Assembly (NCBI GenBank): GCA_013265495.1
Contig: MU058198.1
Coordinates: forward strand, 4,343,579-4,407,578
Direction: 5' to 3'
Length of the DNA: 64,000 nt
Origin: Vicugna vicugna
Lineage: Eukaryota
Part shown: piece after piece, positions 1 through 14,420 of the stretch
How the letters are laid out: every line of letters starts with the position of its first letter
Position numbering within the stretch: the stretch's first letter is position 1
Notes under the pieces: generated by a model
What the model was told of the DNA's origin: nothing
The model's input: the letters and a program-made list of their open reading frames with translations, nothing else
Databases searched by the model: none
Position numbers and translations under genes: made by a program

Positions 1-2644
1 TTACCATTTCGGGGTGGGGAGCCTCCTCCACCAGGCTGTGAGCACCTTTTAAGGCAGACACCACATCTTACTCTTCTACAGCTCCGGCACTTGTACACAG
101 TAGGTGTTTGATAAATACTGCATTTGTGTTTTAATGAATACATGCAATACCTGGGCTGTGTCTCAAAGCAGACAAAAGGACCAACAAGATGTAACTGTGT
201 GACGATGATGGCATATAGCATGAGTAAGAGGAAGTGGGCGACACTGAGACTGCCGGGCGACACTGAGACTGCCAAGGGAAATGCGAGCAGATTGTGAAGG
301 GTTTACGTCATCTAAAGAGCTCCGACTTTGGGGTATTTTGTACGGCAAAGAGAAGACAGCCAATATTTTCTAATAACTTTAAATGGAGTATAATCTATAA
401 AAAAATACTGGATCATGATGTTGTACACCTGAAATGAATAATATTGTAAATCAACTATACTTGAATTAAAAAAAAAAAAGAGCTTGGACATTAAACCAGC
501 CGATGGGAACCAGCCGGTGTCCCCGCCAGAGCACTGCCCGCACTATGGGACACTTCCTTGGGTGCAGCTATTCCGCCAGGCAGTGAAGAGTGTTCAGCAT
601 CCTGGTCCCCACCCTCCAAAACCTAGTAGTGTCCCCCAGACCTGATGGCAATCAGAAAAGTCTCCACTTTTCCAAATATCCCCAGGAGTGTAATTCTGGT
701 CCTGGTTGAGCACAGCTAAGCTTAAGATATTTTTTTTTTTCTTTTCCAGGCAGAAGGAAGACAGGATCAATTTGTATTTCAAGAAACCAACTCTGGTGAT
801 CAGGTTGAAGAAAGGCTGGAAAAGAAGGAAATTAGAGGCAGGAAATGGAGCTCAAGAGGTGACCGTGACAGGCCAGGTGAGAGGGAATCGAGTCTTCATT
901 AAGGCGAATGTGGTAAAGATGGAGCAGAAATGAGGAATTCAAGAAACACTCACAGAGGGAATCACAGGACTCGCTAATCCAGCAGCTATGGGAGGGTGGG
1001 GATAAAATAAAAGGGAGTATAGATAACCCTACAGTTTCTGGCTTGCATAATAGGGTGGAAGGAATTTAAGCGTCAACACAGAGGAAAGAACTAGTTACTC
1101 ACGCTCAAGGAGACAACGAGGGGAGGAAGCATTCTGTTTGGTTGAAAATGGTTTACAAGTCCCTGAATAAACACATCAGTTAGAAGCCATGAGAACTGAA
1201 GGCGTGGCCCAAGGCAAGGAATGTGACTGTGAGAATAAAGAGGCGAAGGACAGAACCTCAGGAAACAGCACGACAGGGGCAGGCAGAGCAGAAGCCGTGG
1301 CAAGAGAAAGCGAGGGAGCAGCAGGGGCGGAACCAGCAGACCGAGTCTGGTTCTGGCGGACAGGACCTGCAGCAGACGTTCCTGGAATCGCAGGTGTTTA
1401 CAAACTTCCGCGGCTTAGACAGACATCGCGGTGGGAAAACTACGTATCGTGCAAGGGAGGAGTAACCCTGTTGTCAAGATGGCCAGAAACGCGTGTAGGA
1501 AATATAAAAGAAGGATGACACAGGTCATCTGCATACCAGGTCTTCCTCGTGAGACATCTGGTGACAAACAAAGCAACGTGGGAAGTCATAGCTTCCCTGT
1601 ACGCCGCTGCAACTCCTGCCTTAATGTTTTACGGGCTTCTAAGGGGCAGTGTGTGCTCATAAGCTGGGAACTTGTAAAACTAAGGACGGAACTGCCGAAT
1701 GAACAAAGCTGCTGTGCTCTGCCGGTGGGACACGGGGGGCTGGATGCTCTGAGCAAACGTATCCTGGGGTGGGCGTTCAATTGTTCTCCCAGGGCCCATC
1801 CTTCCTCCTGTCTACTGCAGCACCCTAAGTTCTCCTAAGGATCTAGCCTGGCCTCGATGAAGCCTATGAGCTGGAGGCAGGACCACAGCCAATGCTCTGG
1901 GGTGAGCAGTGATCAGTGTAAGTCGATCAACACATCCCACCTTCTCTCCCAACCTCACCCCCTACCCGTGGTAGCTAGTGCGGGTCGGGGTGTTGGGGAG
2001 GTGGAAACGTTCAGAAACGGGGAATGTGACTCCATGCAGATCAAGACAATGGGAAGAGACTGCTACCTGCCACGGGTGTGGAAAAAGAAGTTTTCTCACC
2101 CCACTAAGAAAGCTACCGGAAGAGATGCTCTCTACTCTTGCTGGACGTGCACCTGCGTGGAGTAGCCCACATAAGCTGCTGGTAGCCAACTTGTAACCAT
2201 GAAGGATAAAGCAGACACTGAAGACAGCCAAAGGAGAGAAGAAAAAAACTGGGGTTTTGGTTACATCACGGAAAAGCTAGACCGACAGAGCCTTACCTCA
2301 AGTCCATCCCAACTTCTGGACTTCTCAGTAAGCCAATAAATTCTACTTTCTAAGTCAATTTAAGACAGGCTTTCAGCTTTTTGCCATCAAAGGAGTCCTA
2401 ACTGACATATCCATTCTCTGATGGAAGACAAATCTTTAAAAGCACCTGGAGACAATTCAGTGTGAGCAGGGCTTTTGGCTCCATGATCTAAGCACAAAAG
2501 CGTGTTATGGTCAGGCAGGTGTCAGGAGCGTGAGTGGGGATCTAAGGAACAAATCTGCAGGCAGATCTGCTGATGCTGCTCAGGGAAAGTGGACCGATAC
2601 AGGGCGAGAAGCCTCCCAGAGACAAGGACCCACCCAGTACTCAC

Positions 2645-2749
2645 GTGTCTCCTCTCGGCGTCGGTGCCATGCTGGCCCTGGAAGCAAGCCATCAGGCGCT
2701 TGTGGGAGTGGTGACACACGGAGCGCACCGTGTCCAGGCGCCGCTCGAT
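2645..2749 (-). CDS. ARHGAP17: ARHGAP17 coding exon 3 (105 nt), BAR domain
   Basis: ttctgtcag|ATC...CAC|gtgagt encodes IERRLDTVRSVCHHSHKRLMACFQGQHGTDAERRH. The gene continues beyond the left end of the window. Confidence 0.94.
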
Positions 2750-2899
2750 CTGACAGAACAAAGACAAACGAGCCGTTGGCAGGGTTCACGAACAGACTCA
2801 GCCTCATCCTCGTGTGGTGTCTGCATGGAGGCAGGGAGGGCAACCTGCGGTCGAGTTTTCCAGCTCTTGGGTGTAAATGGTGATGGTTTCCATGCACCT

Positions 2900-3112
2900 A
2901 TCCCAGGGCTTCTCACTACTGACAACTGGGCTGGATAATTCTGGGTGGTGGGCAGCTGTCCTGTGCATTACTGGCATCTTCAGCATCATCTCTGGTCTCT
3001 ACCCACTAGATGCCAGTGGCATCCAGCTCCTCCAGTGTGACAACCGAAAATGTCCCCAGATGTTGTAAAATATCCCCTCAGAAGGCAAACTCGCCCCTGG
3101 CTGAGAAGCCCT
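2900..3112. mobile_element. MER20-like hAT DNA transposon remnant (related copies at about 19850-20085 and 31105-31330)
   Basis: Shared motifs tttggg..ggataatt, ggtctctacccactagatgccagt, aaaatgtc(t/c)ccaga...aaatgtccc and ctgagaa(c/g)c. Confidence 0.7.
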
Positions 3113-5131
3113 GACCTCCTTTACACTGAGGTTTTAGATCCCTTAATGGCTGAATCTGTGTGCAAGGGGGAGGGGTGAGCGGTGGCAAAGTTAACACACT
3201 ACAGCACCGGCAAAGCCCCAGCTCCAACCAGCAGAACCGCAAATGAACTGCCTACACCTGGACCCAGAGCGACTGCCAAGCGGGAAAGCCACAGGGACAG
3301 TCGGGCTCCCTGCATCTGGCTGTAGGGCCGTCCGCACATGGTGCATCAGACAGAAGGTCAAAAGAAATGATCCACAACTGAAACTCAAGATCAGTGTGCT
3401 CAAAATTATTCCTTATTGGGCTTGGGGTGGCTTTTTTTGTCTTTGCTTTTGTTTTGTTTTTTTTTTCTTTTTTAATAATAAACCTCTAAGGCAGAATAAT
3501 TGACAGCCAGCAGTGAGAAACCCGACTGAGGGGACCCACACGTCATGATCAACTTCCCAAAATATTAGTGCTGGGATGTGGCTGTTTATGGCAAAGAGAG
3601 CCGCTTTTTACAGGAAGGAATGCCAAAAATGTGTATTCTGATGACTCATCAAGAATGAGAGCAGGCCCTTAGGGATGCTTTCTATTTTAAAGAAAAATCA
3701 ACAAATTCAAAGCAGAACACATTTTTACCCCCAAACCCTTTACCCAGTGAGAGGGTTTTGTGCCTCTTTCTCAAGCAGCCCTTCTCCAGATCCAAGGCCC
3801 CTTCCCAGGACCCTGATCTGCAGGCACATGTGTTTAGGACCAGAAGCCACATCACTTGCTCCAAATCTTATAACAACCCAGTTCTAAAAACTGGAAAACT
3901 AATATTCCTTCTTCATTTGCCACAAAAGCAGGGGGGGAAGAAAACCCACAGAAGTTCATTTCATTTTGATTCCAATTTCCACTGGAAGAGAAAGTCCATA
4001 GGGACAGGGCCTTGGCCTGTTTTGTTCACTGATTTATTCCAAGTGCCTAGATCACTGCCTGGCCCACGAACGGAAGGTGTTCACTTAATATTTGTCAAAA
4101 CGATGGGTATAAGCTGAATCCCTGTACACGGTATTAGAAGAACAACAGGAAATCATCTGCAGTTCTCACCCTCCTGGGATTCGCAGCCTCCTGGGGAAAC
4201 TCCGTACAAACAAAATAACGAGGCAGCCTCCTGAGCTGCTCTAACAGAGACCCAAGAAACGAGGCTGGAGAACAGAGAGCAAGTTAAGGGAAGTTTCACA
4301 CCAGAAACAAAATCATCTCTGCGGCTTGCGATAGTGGTAACCAGGACAACAAGTACCTAATCGTTAGCACTTACTACGTGCCAGGCTCTGTTTCCAGCGC
4401 TCACCACGTTTCACTCGTGAGCCCCCCTTACCCACCCCGTGGGGCGGATACAGCGATTACCCTCCTTTTCGAGAAGTGGAAACTGAGGCACTGAGAGGGT
4501 ATAAATCAGTTCCTGAGGCCACCAAGCTGGTCCGGGGCAGACGTGGGAGGGGCATCCAGGTGGCTGGTCACAGACTCAGCACCCTGAACCATCACGTGCC
4601 TCGTTTGTGGTTGAAAACAACAGAAGTCAGAGCGGGGAGACATCTGTCACAATGACCGCGGACAGGGAGTATCTGTGCCATAAAAGAAGGCGCTCCTAGA
4701 AGCTAGCAAAGCCCTCAGGCCCCAGCGGATGTCTGGGCAGAAGGACAAGAACTTGCTGCCCGAGTCCCACGCCATCTCTGCCACCCTCCACCCGTCTGCA
4801 AGGCCTTCTGGCCTCCTCTTAGGGCTTCCAGGATTAAGTGGGATAACGCGTGTTACTGACCTGGGATGTGGCAGGGAGAATGCTGACGGGAAAACCTAGT
4901 GCAACTGGACCAGACGATATTTTTAAAGGTCTGACCATGGACTTGAACTATCTGATAAAGACTAGTGGGGAAATAATGTTAAGAACCTGTTTCTTCTTTT
5001 ATTTATTTATTTATTTTAAAGAATCTGCTTCTTAAACTTATATAATATTCTACGTAAACCATACCTCAATAAAAAATTTTTAAGATTATGATTCTTTAAT
5101 AAATCTTTTAAAAAAAACCCTTCTAATCCTT

Positions 5132-5251
5132 TGTAGTTTTTTTTTGGAGGGGGAGGAAATTTGATGGACTGATTGATTTGTACTGGGATTGAACCCAGGA
5201 CCTCGTGCATTCTAAGTACACGCTCTACCACTGAGTTATACCTTCCCCTCC
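5132..5251 (-). mobile_element. tRNA-derived SINE (camelid Vic-1-like) with target-site duplication
   Basis: Reverse complement of gggaaggtataactcagtggtagag...ggttcaatcccag (A and B boxes). TSD aaaacccttcta(a/g)tcctt at 5114-5131 and 5252-5269. Confidence 0.85.
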
Positions 5252-6297
5252 AAAACCCTTCTAGTCCTTGATTAAAAACTTCAAGTCTTCAAAAATAGAA
5301 GAAAAAAAAAAGCCTTAAAATATTCTACTTGCAGAGACGGTGGTTCTAATTCAGAGGGTTATTTCGACCTGAGGTGGTGGGCGCAGTGTTTCTCTAAATT
5401 ATCTAGCTCTTTCTCTCCATGGGAAGAGACAAAAAGTCACCTGGGAGCAGGTCTTTGGTCTCCAAGGACTCACTGGGGTACACCTGAGGCAGGTTACACA
5501 GCTGAGAGGCAAGGAGACAGGTGAGCAGGCTGAACAGAAACCTCAGGTTACGTGGGTGAAGGAAGGGGGTCCTCTCCCTTGAGAAGCATCCTGTGCGGGT
5601 GGGGATGGAGCAGGGTTGGGTGAAGTGATGAGTATCAAGAGTCCGGGCCCTTTGGGGAGGAACTCTCACCCCCAAAGTTAGAGAGACCTCTGAAGAGGAG
5701 GCATGGGGGGGCCCTGGCCAAGGTTCCTAGTGGGAAAGGCGCCCCCCTACAGAGAGGAAAGTCCGGCCTGATGAGGTGAGGCCACCCGAGGGCCCCTGGG
5801 TGGTTCTGAGAGATCTGGTCACTGTCACTGAGACCCTGAGTCCTCCAGGACCCCACAGGCTGGAGTTCACGAGAGGGAGCGAAAAATCCCACCTCTAGGT
5901 TGGAGCCAGCTCCGCTGCAGCTGGCGGAGCCTGTCCCCTCAAGGGCACCATCACAGCTGCCAAGCCGGACCCGTGACCAGGCTGGAGTGCCAGTGGGCTG
6001 ATGGGGTCAGCCAGGCCCCGCCCCCGGCCCCACCCCAACACCTGGCGCTCGAATGCGGGACTAGCCCCGTCTGAACTTCGTAACATGACACCAAGGTCTC
6101 AGATCCCCTTTTTATCGTGTGAGATTCAACTGCTTTTCTTTCCTGCTCAAAACCATGCTAATTGTGCTAATTCTGTTTCAGGCAAAAAACGACAAACAAA
6201 AAACAAAGCACCAGAAGCTTCAGTTCTCACCTATGGGATTTTTTTTTTTTTTTGGTTTGTTTAAACAGAACATTTTAGAAAGTCTTCATTTTGTTAC

Positions 6298-6337
6298 CTG
6301 TAAGAGATCTTCACTGAGGACTTCTGTTTTCTCGGCT
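6298..6337 (-). CDS. ARHGAP17: ARHGAP17 coding exon 2 (40 nt)
   Basis: ttttcccacag|AGCCGAGAAAACAGAAGTCCTCAGTGAAGATCTCTTACAG|gtaaca encodes (R)AEKTEVLSEDLLQ. Canonical AG/GT boundaries, and the phase fits exons 1 and 3. Confidence 0.93.
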
Positions 6338-6646
6338 CTGTGGGAAAAATTAAAAGTTCAGAGTGAGAAATCCAGAAATAGAAAGCAACTCATGAAACTG
6401 AGTAATTATTATCCTGGAGCTTAAAACAAAGCAGGCGAAATGAATGATAACAAGGGGAGAAATTTTACCAGTTTTTATATCTGAGGGCAACTGAAGCAAA
6501 ATCAAAGAAACACAAAATGAAAGTTTGCAGAGAATAGCAACCCCTGATAAGAACAAATGACTGAGACCAGTGGTTCTAAAACTCGAGCAGTCACAGATTC
6601 AACAAGGAGGATGGGGCGCTTCACTGATTTAAAAATGCCACTTTCT

Positions 6647-6820
6647 GGGGGAGGGTATAGCTCAGTGGTAGAGTGTGTGCCTAGCGTGCACAAGGTCCTG
6701 GGTTCAATCCCCAGTACCTTCATCAAAATAATAAACAAATAGGTAAAGCTAATTACCTTTCTCTGCAAAACAAAACAAAACAAAAACCTTGCAGATTTTA
6801 AAAAGTAAAGTTAAAAAAAA
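6647..6820 (+). mobile_element. tRNA-derived SINE (Vic-1-like)
   Basis: ggggagggtatagctcagtggtagag...gggttcaatccccagtacc followed by an A-rich tail. Confidence 0.88.
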
Positions 6821-9239
6821 ATTGCTATTTTCCAGGTCTCACCTCAAGAGTTTCTAATTCAGTAGGTCTGAAGTGAGATCCTATGTTTTGTTAACAAGCC
6901 CCTCCCCTCCCAGCCCAGAATTCCCTAGCCTGAGACCTACAGACCGCACTTTGATTGCTCCAGAGAAATAAAGAAAATAAGCCAATTTTCTAGAGTACAT
7001 TGAACTTCAGTTCTTGAAATGATCACTTCTGAGTTTCACAACAAACAAGTCTGACCCAAGTCTGGAAACATCATGCAATCCTGCACACACAATAATGACA
7101 ATTGAATCTTCCTTCTTTCAGCTATCTCATCTTTACTTTAGAAACGAAGTGTTTTACAACTTTCCCTCATCTGTGCTTTAGAGCCACTGTTGACTTCAGT
7201 GCCCTTTCCAGAAAACTCACAGGGCAGCCAACAATCAGCAGAGCATTCTCAGTTGCCAGATCACAGTAATTGTTTAAGAAGACTTCTCTCCGCAGTCCAA
7301 AAGTGATTTAGGCCAAGTCATTTAACAATCCTACCATATTCCCACTGAAATAAACAAAGAAATTTTTAAAGGAAAAAGAAAAAAAATCTGTTTCAGCTCT
7401 GAACATTGCAGGAGGGTGGTGTGAAGACCATTAATGAACCAGAAAATCTGAAGCCTTTTTATGAGATAAACTGCAGAATGAACCAACACTAGAGAAGGGA
7501 AAGCCCTTTGGCCAGAAGGTTGTGGGACCCCCTAGAATGACCGCAAAACAGTGCTAAGCTCAGAGCAGTGCTAGACGTGAGAAGTGTGGTGGCACACACT
7601 TCCAGCCCACACGTGGGTGATGGCATGTCCGGTAAAACCCAGGCGTTGCCACAGAGAATTCCAATACCAGTTGTCACAGCAGTGCCCCAGTTAACTGGGA
7701 GATGCCTATAGGAGTGGCTTGGTTTCTGCAGGAGACCGGAACACTGACCTGACTCAAATACTCCCCAGGACCAGAGGAGCAGAGCCTGGAGATGAGGCCA
7801 AGGCCACAGCATCCAGAAGAGGCCAACTCTCAACTCTCTGAGCACGTTCTGCAAGCAACCAGCCAAAATATGCCATCCCGGCCCTTGCTTGGCATATGTG
7901 GTGCCAGGCATTGCTGAAGTGCCAAACACAGGTAGTTACGCCAGTTGGGGAAATGGAGTAGGACCACAGCTGACTATGAGCTCAAGGAGCCAGCCTCAGA
8001 AAGAACCCTGACAGCCTAGCAGGGACATACCTGGCATGAGACCACCATAGCTTCTCCATGATTCCCTCTCACCAAGAGCCTTGTCCCTCCTCTAGCGAAA
8101 TACCACCACTGGATTATGTAACTTTCACCTTGTCTCCTCTGGCCAGGACCCAACGATCTGGACAGGGCCCTGGACACCTCTGGCAGAACTCTGAAATGTC
8201 CCTTTGTAAGAATAAGTATACACGGAGGGAAGTCCCAAGACCTATTAAAATATTCACAAGTTCAAAAGCGGAGGTTCAGAGCAAGTGTGTCTTCTTATGA
8301 AACAAAATTATTTTAAAAATATAAGAGGAAAACTTGGTTTTAAAATCTCAGTGTGGGTGCTTAGCAGGTGTGAGAGAGTTAGTAATAGCTCCATGGTCCA
8401 GGAGAACCAATTGTGTGCATCTTGTCTCAGCTCCTTGTTCACCAACCTCACGCTGGTAACTTGAAATGAAAAATCAGATAGAATGCAAACAAATGCAAAC
8501 AACATAAACCAGGGCTTTTTTTTTTTTTGAGAGTCAGTTATATGAGCCACAGCACTGTGAGCATCACAAGGAAAAAGAAAGTCAATGTAAAAAGAAAGCA
8601 AGAATTAACTTCAGAAAAAAAACAAAAAGTCCTTTGGCAAGATAGTCATGGTCTACTACTATGCTCAGCTACAAAAAATTGATTGGATATAGTAATGTAA
8701 ATATCAAATAGTATATCCCCAAATTATAATATGACTGCACTGGAAGGATGGGGGAGCAGAAGGAGAGAGGAAGGTTATACAAGAGCTCCAAACCCTCATT
8801 TATCATAACAGGAAGCCAGTAAATAATGCCTAAACTTGATAACGTGAAGGATAGCAGTTTACACATATTATCTATAAATATGGATATGAGTAAATGTCAA
8901 AATAAACAGCTCAAATTCAAAAGTACTTGTCTCTTCAGCTGGGGAATCTCAACTGGGAAAGTGGGATGAATAAGAGAGATCCCACTGTACTTTGTGATAA
9001 GCCTTTTCCTGTTATCTGACTTTTTAAACTGCATCAGATTTTTAAAAACAGTGTGTTAGTTACCTTTTTAAGTAACATGCTTGATATGGTTTCAAGTGAC
9101 GCATAACTTTAAGTGAAGTGTAACGTCAACTGTAAAGTCACTGGTCCCGCTGTCAGTCTGTACACAAGTACAACAGAGCACAGACCTCAGAGTCCCCACA
9201 TGACAAGGCAAAAATCAGGATATTTACTGTCTTTGTTTC

Positions 9240-9600
9240 AAATTGACAGTCTCATAGAAACAGAGAGTGGAATGGTGGTCACTAGGACTGGGGAGTTGGG
9301 GAAATGGGGAGATGCTAGTCAAAGGGTACCGACCTTCAGTTATGAGATAAGTTCTGGGGATCTGATGTACAGGATGGCAACTACAGTTAATAATACAGAC
9401 TTGGAATTTGCTAAGACAGTAGATCTTAAGCATTCTCATAACAACTGTCACAAAAAAAAAGGTAACTATGGGAGGTCATGGATATGTTCATTAATCTGAT
9501 TGTAGTAATCATTTTATAATGTGTATGTAAATAAAATCATCATCACATTGTATACTTTAAATATGTACAGTTTTGTCAATTATACTTCAGTAAAGCTGGG
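9240..9600 (+). mobile_element. Old L1 (L1M-type) 3' end fragment
   Basis: ctcatagaaacagagagtggaatggtgg...gatctgatgtacaggatgg...catcacattgtatactttaaatatg, typical L1MA/MB 3'UTR motifs. Confidence 0.75.
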
Positions 9601-10288
9601 GGAAAATCAGTTTTCCTTATTACAGGCAATTTAAATAATTTCAGTGAACCCTAAAATCTGGTTAAGAAGACACATTGAATCTCTTTCTAAAATTAATTTT
9701 ATCAATGTAGTAAACAGAGTGTTCTCAAAGGCAGAAAACACAGGGTAAACTTATTTTTTAAACTGTATGTTAACATTTTCATGTAGTATGTTCTGTGTAT
9801 TTTTCAGCCTGCAGATACCTTTTCAGGTAAAGTGCCTCTAAATTTAAAGCAAAGGGTCCAGTTGCCATTATGATGGGACTATACTGAATCTGTAGATTGC
9901 TTTCAGTAGTTTGCACACTTTAACAATACTAATTCTTGCAATCCATAAATATGAGGTACCTAGGGAGGATTACTTTTAAGTGACAAATCACAACTGGGGA
10001 ATGTGATAAATTGGCGTGGCTCCTTCACACAAAAATCCCCCCACTGGCCCGTGCAATCCCCATCTCAATTTTAGGGACCCACAACTGTCCCCACTTCCCC
10101 CAATATGTGTTACAAACGACCTGACCTCCCTCATCACTGTGACTTGTCCAAGGCTCAGCCCTTTCTACGCTGAAGTGTTTTGGAACATTCATCTTTACCA
10201 CAGATGTGAAAATTTTACCTAAGGGAACTTCAGCAATTAGCACTTAGAATACTGGCCAAGGTGCCCATTCAAAAGCCATTTACGGTGC

Positions 10289-10431
10289 GGGGGAGGGTAT
10301 AGCTCAGTGGTAGAGCACATGCTTAGCATGCACAAGGTCCTGGGTACCTCCACTTAAAAAGTAAATAAATAAATATTGAAACCTAATTACCCCCCTAAAA
10401 ACAAAAAATTTTTTTAAAATAATTTTTTTTA
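10289..10431 (+). mobile_element. tRNA-derived SINE (Vic-1-like), B box deleted, with TSD
   Basis: Same head sequence. TSD aaaagccattta(c/t)g at 10271-10284 and 10432-10445. Confidence 0.85.
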
Positions 10432-11699
10432 AAAAGCCATTTATGTAAACCAAAGAAACTTGGTTTTGCTGAGATCTGTTATCTTTGATCAGTTTTTTAA
10501 AACTTATAAATAAAGCAAAGGGGGATGGAGCAGCATATTGAATTTATCAAGACAATGTGATCCAATCATAAAAATAATACTTGCTAAATCGGATTGTTTT
10601 AAATCAAACATGTTGCTACACAGACCTAAAGTTTTTGCACATGGGTGTTTTTCTGCTTTGTCAGAGCCGTCTCTGTGTCCAGCGTTCTGTGCTTGAAAAC
10701 ACACTTGATGTTTCCTGTCTGTAACTGGAAAAACAATACACCGCAGGAAGGCACTTCCCACTCGCCATCTTACTCTGGGAGTTGTTTTTTCCTACGCTAG
10801 CTGCTGTGTGATTTCACTAGTCACTCAAACCAGGCTGACATCAGGTAGGATTTTTCATTTATTTGTCACTTTCTGGTAAAGCAGAAGACTTCTTTCCTCC
10901 TCATTCCCAAAGCCTAAAAGCAGCAGGGCTGTGCAGGCCTTGAGAGGTTCACCTTTTCTAGACATGCTCAAATGAGGAGACGGGGTCAAAGGAAATTTTC
11001 CAATTGGCCTTGACAATCTCCATCTCTAAGCGTGGACTGATTTCTGGAAGAGTTTCCCCCATTGCTACACTCAATGCCAGAGGCCACTATCCTGAGGCAC
11101 CATTTTGTTTCCCAGGAAACTGAGGACCGCATTCAGGGCACAGACATCTGCTGCAAGCACGTATTATGGGAACCGTGGCAATAAATGCTCAAGTCCACAC
11201 CTTCAGTGCCTGCTGTGATCATCCAAGTGTGGAGCGTTACTGACCTCGTGTCTGCCAGCCAGAGAGCTCCGTGGGGGCAGAGACCAGGTCTACCTTAGCC
11301 ATCAGCCCTCCCCAGCACCCAGCTTAGCCCCTGCCTGTCACACAGGGGGCGCTTAGTAAATATGCACTGAATGGATGAATGAGAAAAGGAAATGGCTGTC
11401 ACAATGACAGAGGGAGGTTTGAAGAAAAGAACTTTCCAGATTTCAAAAGAGATAAAGCAAGAAAAAAATTCGGGAACTCTAAGGCAGAAAAGTGGCCATA
11501 GGAAAACAGAGAATTGCCTTCCACTATAAAATCCACGATGACTAAAATTAGTATGTGATACAGGTTTCTGCTTTCCCTACCCACCTACACCCACCCACGT
11601 CCCCCCAAAACACATATTATAATGAGTTTTTCTTCCTGATTCCTACTTATAAACATATTCCAGGACAAGATGTAAATAAATACCATTGCCTACGTCAAG

Positions 11700-12010
11700 C
11701 GTTGCACACTTTTCCTGGAAAGACTAGATGATAAATATTTCAGGTTCGCAGGCCAGATGGTCCCCGGTGCGACGACTCAGCTCTGCTGTGGCAGCACAAA
11801 AGCGGCCACAGATGACATGGAAATGAATGAACCCGCCTGTGCTCCAATTAACTTATTTATGGACAGTGACATGTGAATTCACATCATTGTCATATGTCAG
11901 GAAATATCACTCTTCTTTTGATTTTGCTTTTACAACCGCTTAAAAATGCAAAAAGCATTCTGAGCCTACAGCAGCCGGATTTGGCCCATAGGCCACAGTT
12001 TCCTGACCCC
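11700..12010. mobile_element. MER58-like hAT DNA transposon remnant
   Basis: taaatatttcagg...gcgacgactcagctctgctgtggcagcacaaaagcggccacaga...ggatttggcccataggccacagtttcctgacccct. Confidence 0.7.
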
Positions 12011-14149
12011 TAATCCCTGTTCAAGTGAAATGCCATGAAATTTCCCTTCCTGTGAAACACCAGTCCTTTTCCATCACCTCCAAACTCCTCTGACTCTGAA
12101 GGGGGATTTCTGCACCTTCCCAACTTGCATTTCAGGAGCTGAGAGACACTGGCTTCTCGAGACTCCACCAGATGACTCCCCTACCATCCCTTCACTTGCT
12201 CTGGGGGCTCATCTTTCTGCAACCCCACCCCCCCACCCCAGCACACTCTCTATTCAGGGATGGCAACAAGTGGCCTGGGAGCCAACACTATCATCCCAAG
12301 ATCACAGTGCTGCTGTTTTTTGGTTTACAAATTCACGTAAGGGATCATAGTTCTGTCGGTTTTTAACTTACGCATTCACTTTGATATACCAATTAAAATT
12401 TTAAAAAAAGAAAGAAATGGGACATGGAGAGAATTTTTAATAAGCTGATTTCAAATCCTGGTCATCTGCCAATATCCAAATGCATCTCTGATGAGTAAGA
12501 AGAACTCTGACCAGTCTCCTGAGGATTCTCAATATTGCACAGCAGGCGACAATACCGCACAGTCAGTGCATGCCCAGGCATTGGTATTCTCAGGGAAGTT
12601 ACAGTGGCCAGACCCACGGCGAAGTAGTCCATTTAATTCTGCTGGGAACCAGATTGTGTGCAACACTGTCATCTCCTGTTAAAGTGTTTACAAAATCCAC
12701 TTGAGAATTGCGCAGAGTTTGGACTCACTCATCGATTTCACAGTGAGACAGGGGACTACTGAGTGAGTTTTTCCTGTTTTATCTCATTAAATTAGCCGTC
12801 TTCTTAAATTTCTGGGAAGGAATCTAAAATCTACTTAATTGGATTTTAAAAATAAAGGACCCTCTGACACTTTAGGAATGAATCAATTTGTTACACATTC
12901 CACAAAGTAATTTAAAAAGTCTTAAAAGGGAGTTTACAGAACTCTAAAGAGGTAATCTGGGAAAAGAAAAGAAAAAAAAAAAAAGAAAGAAAAGATCTCC
13001 ACGCATGATACTGGAAAGAACTAGGATATTTATCAGGGAGAAAACGAACAAGTAGAAAGTATTTTGGTAATAGTATGGGTGAAATACATCTCATAGTTCT
13101 ATGCTGTGATTTATTTCCCCAAGTGATGGAATTTTACCCATATATTTACAGCTTCTCTAAAATAAGCAATCTTTATTTTTTACTTTAAATAACAATAACA
13201 AACCCTATCAATCTTCACTGAATCTCCATAATATTATTTGACTCCCAGTCAATGACTAAGATGAATTGTTACACTTTAAAAGGAGTTGAATCGGGTTTTA
13301 TCATTTTCCTACACACGTCAGCTTCACCTGCAGCTTTGTGTTTGGTCAGTTGGCTTCTCCCCTCTGGCACATGGAATGGAATCTATTTGCTGTCCCTGCT
13401 GTAACCATGTGCTAAGTCTGAAAGTTCCACCAAGGACTCCTGCTTATGGCAAAGTGAGAAGCAGCAGGGCCACCGGCACCCTCTGCGACACCCCTCAACA
13501 GTCTTCCGGGGGAAGCCCAAGTGCCTCCCTCCCCGCCTGCTCTAACCATTCACAGCACCTGCTTGGGCCTGGGGGCAGCTGAGTTTGAGATCTCAGAACT
13601 TCCTCAAATAAGCAAAAATATATGAGAAATATTTTGCAACACATCACAGTGGAAGTGCATGTGGAGCTGAGACCTCTTGGGGGGAGGATCAGGGAAGGAG
13701 GGGGTGCTGTTCACTGCCAGGCAAGGCAAGAGGCCAGGAGGAGCCGAAAAGCCACGCAGAAAATTGAAATCAAAAATGCCAAGGGCAAAGCCACACCAAC
13801 TCTGAGGCTCGGGGCTCGGCTGTGACTGGGCCGTGGCCACTGGAGGAGGGGCACTCCGCATCCTAAGACAAGGTCGCGCAGGCGCTCTTCCAGGTGCGTC
13901 TTCCTAAGCCGGCACGGTTGGACTTTGAAAAGCATGTTCCGATAGAAAGCAAGTTATAAATGATCTTTACGTTCTCAGTGCAGCTTACAGAGGCCACTTC
14001 GCTTACAGCTTATCTAAATGACAGCCCTTGAAAGCGTCTGCCGAACCCAGGAAACGGTGGTTTAAAAAAAAAAAAAAACTAGGAGATAACAGTGTTTCAC
14101 AATCATGGCTACACATTACAATCCAGGGGGCTTTGAAAAATAATGCAGG

Positions 14150-14420
14150 TGAGTCCACCGATAAAAAAAAAAGGCCAGAAAAAGCAAATCTATAGAGGCA
14201 GGGAGAAGACTAGTGGTTAGCCGAGGGTAATTAAGGGTGGGAGCAAGGATTAGCTGTAAAGGGGTCCAAGGGATCTTATCGGGATGGTGACACTGTTCTA
14301 AAATCAGATTGCAGTGATGGTTACCCAACTCTGTATATTTACTAAAAGTCATTGAATCGTGCATTTAAGATGGACAAATTTTATGATATACAAAGTACAC
14401 CTCAATGAAGTTATTAAAAA
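14150..14420 (+). mobile_element. Old L1 (L1MB/ME-type) 3' end fragment
   Basis: gcaaatctatagaggcagggagaagactagtggtt...tgatggttacccaactctgtatatttactaaaagtcattgaa...tacacctcaatgaag. Confidence 0.7.

Noticed and set aside
6647..6720. tRNA-like sequences with A and B boxes
   Set aside because: They are SINE heads with A-rich tails and TSDs, not tRNA genes.
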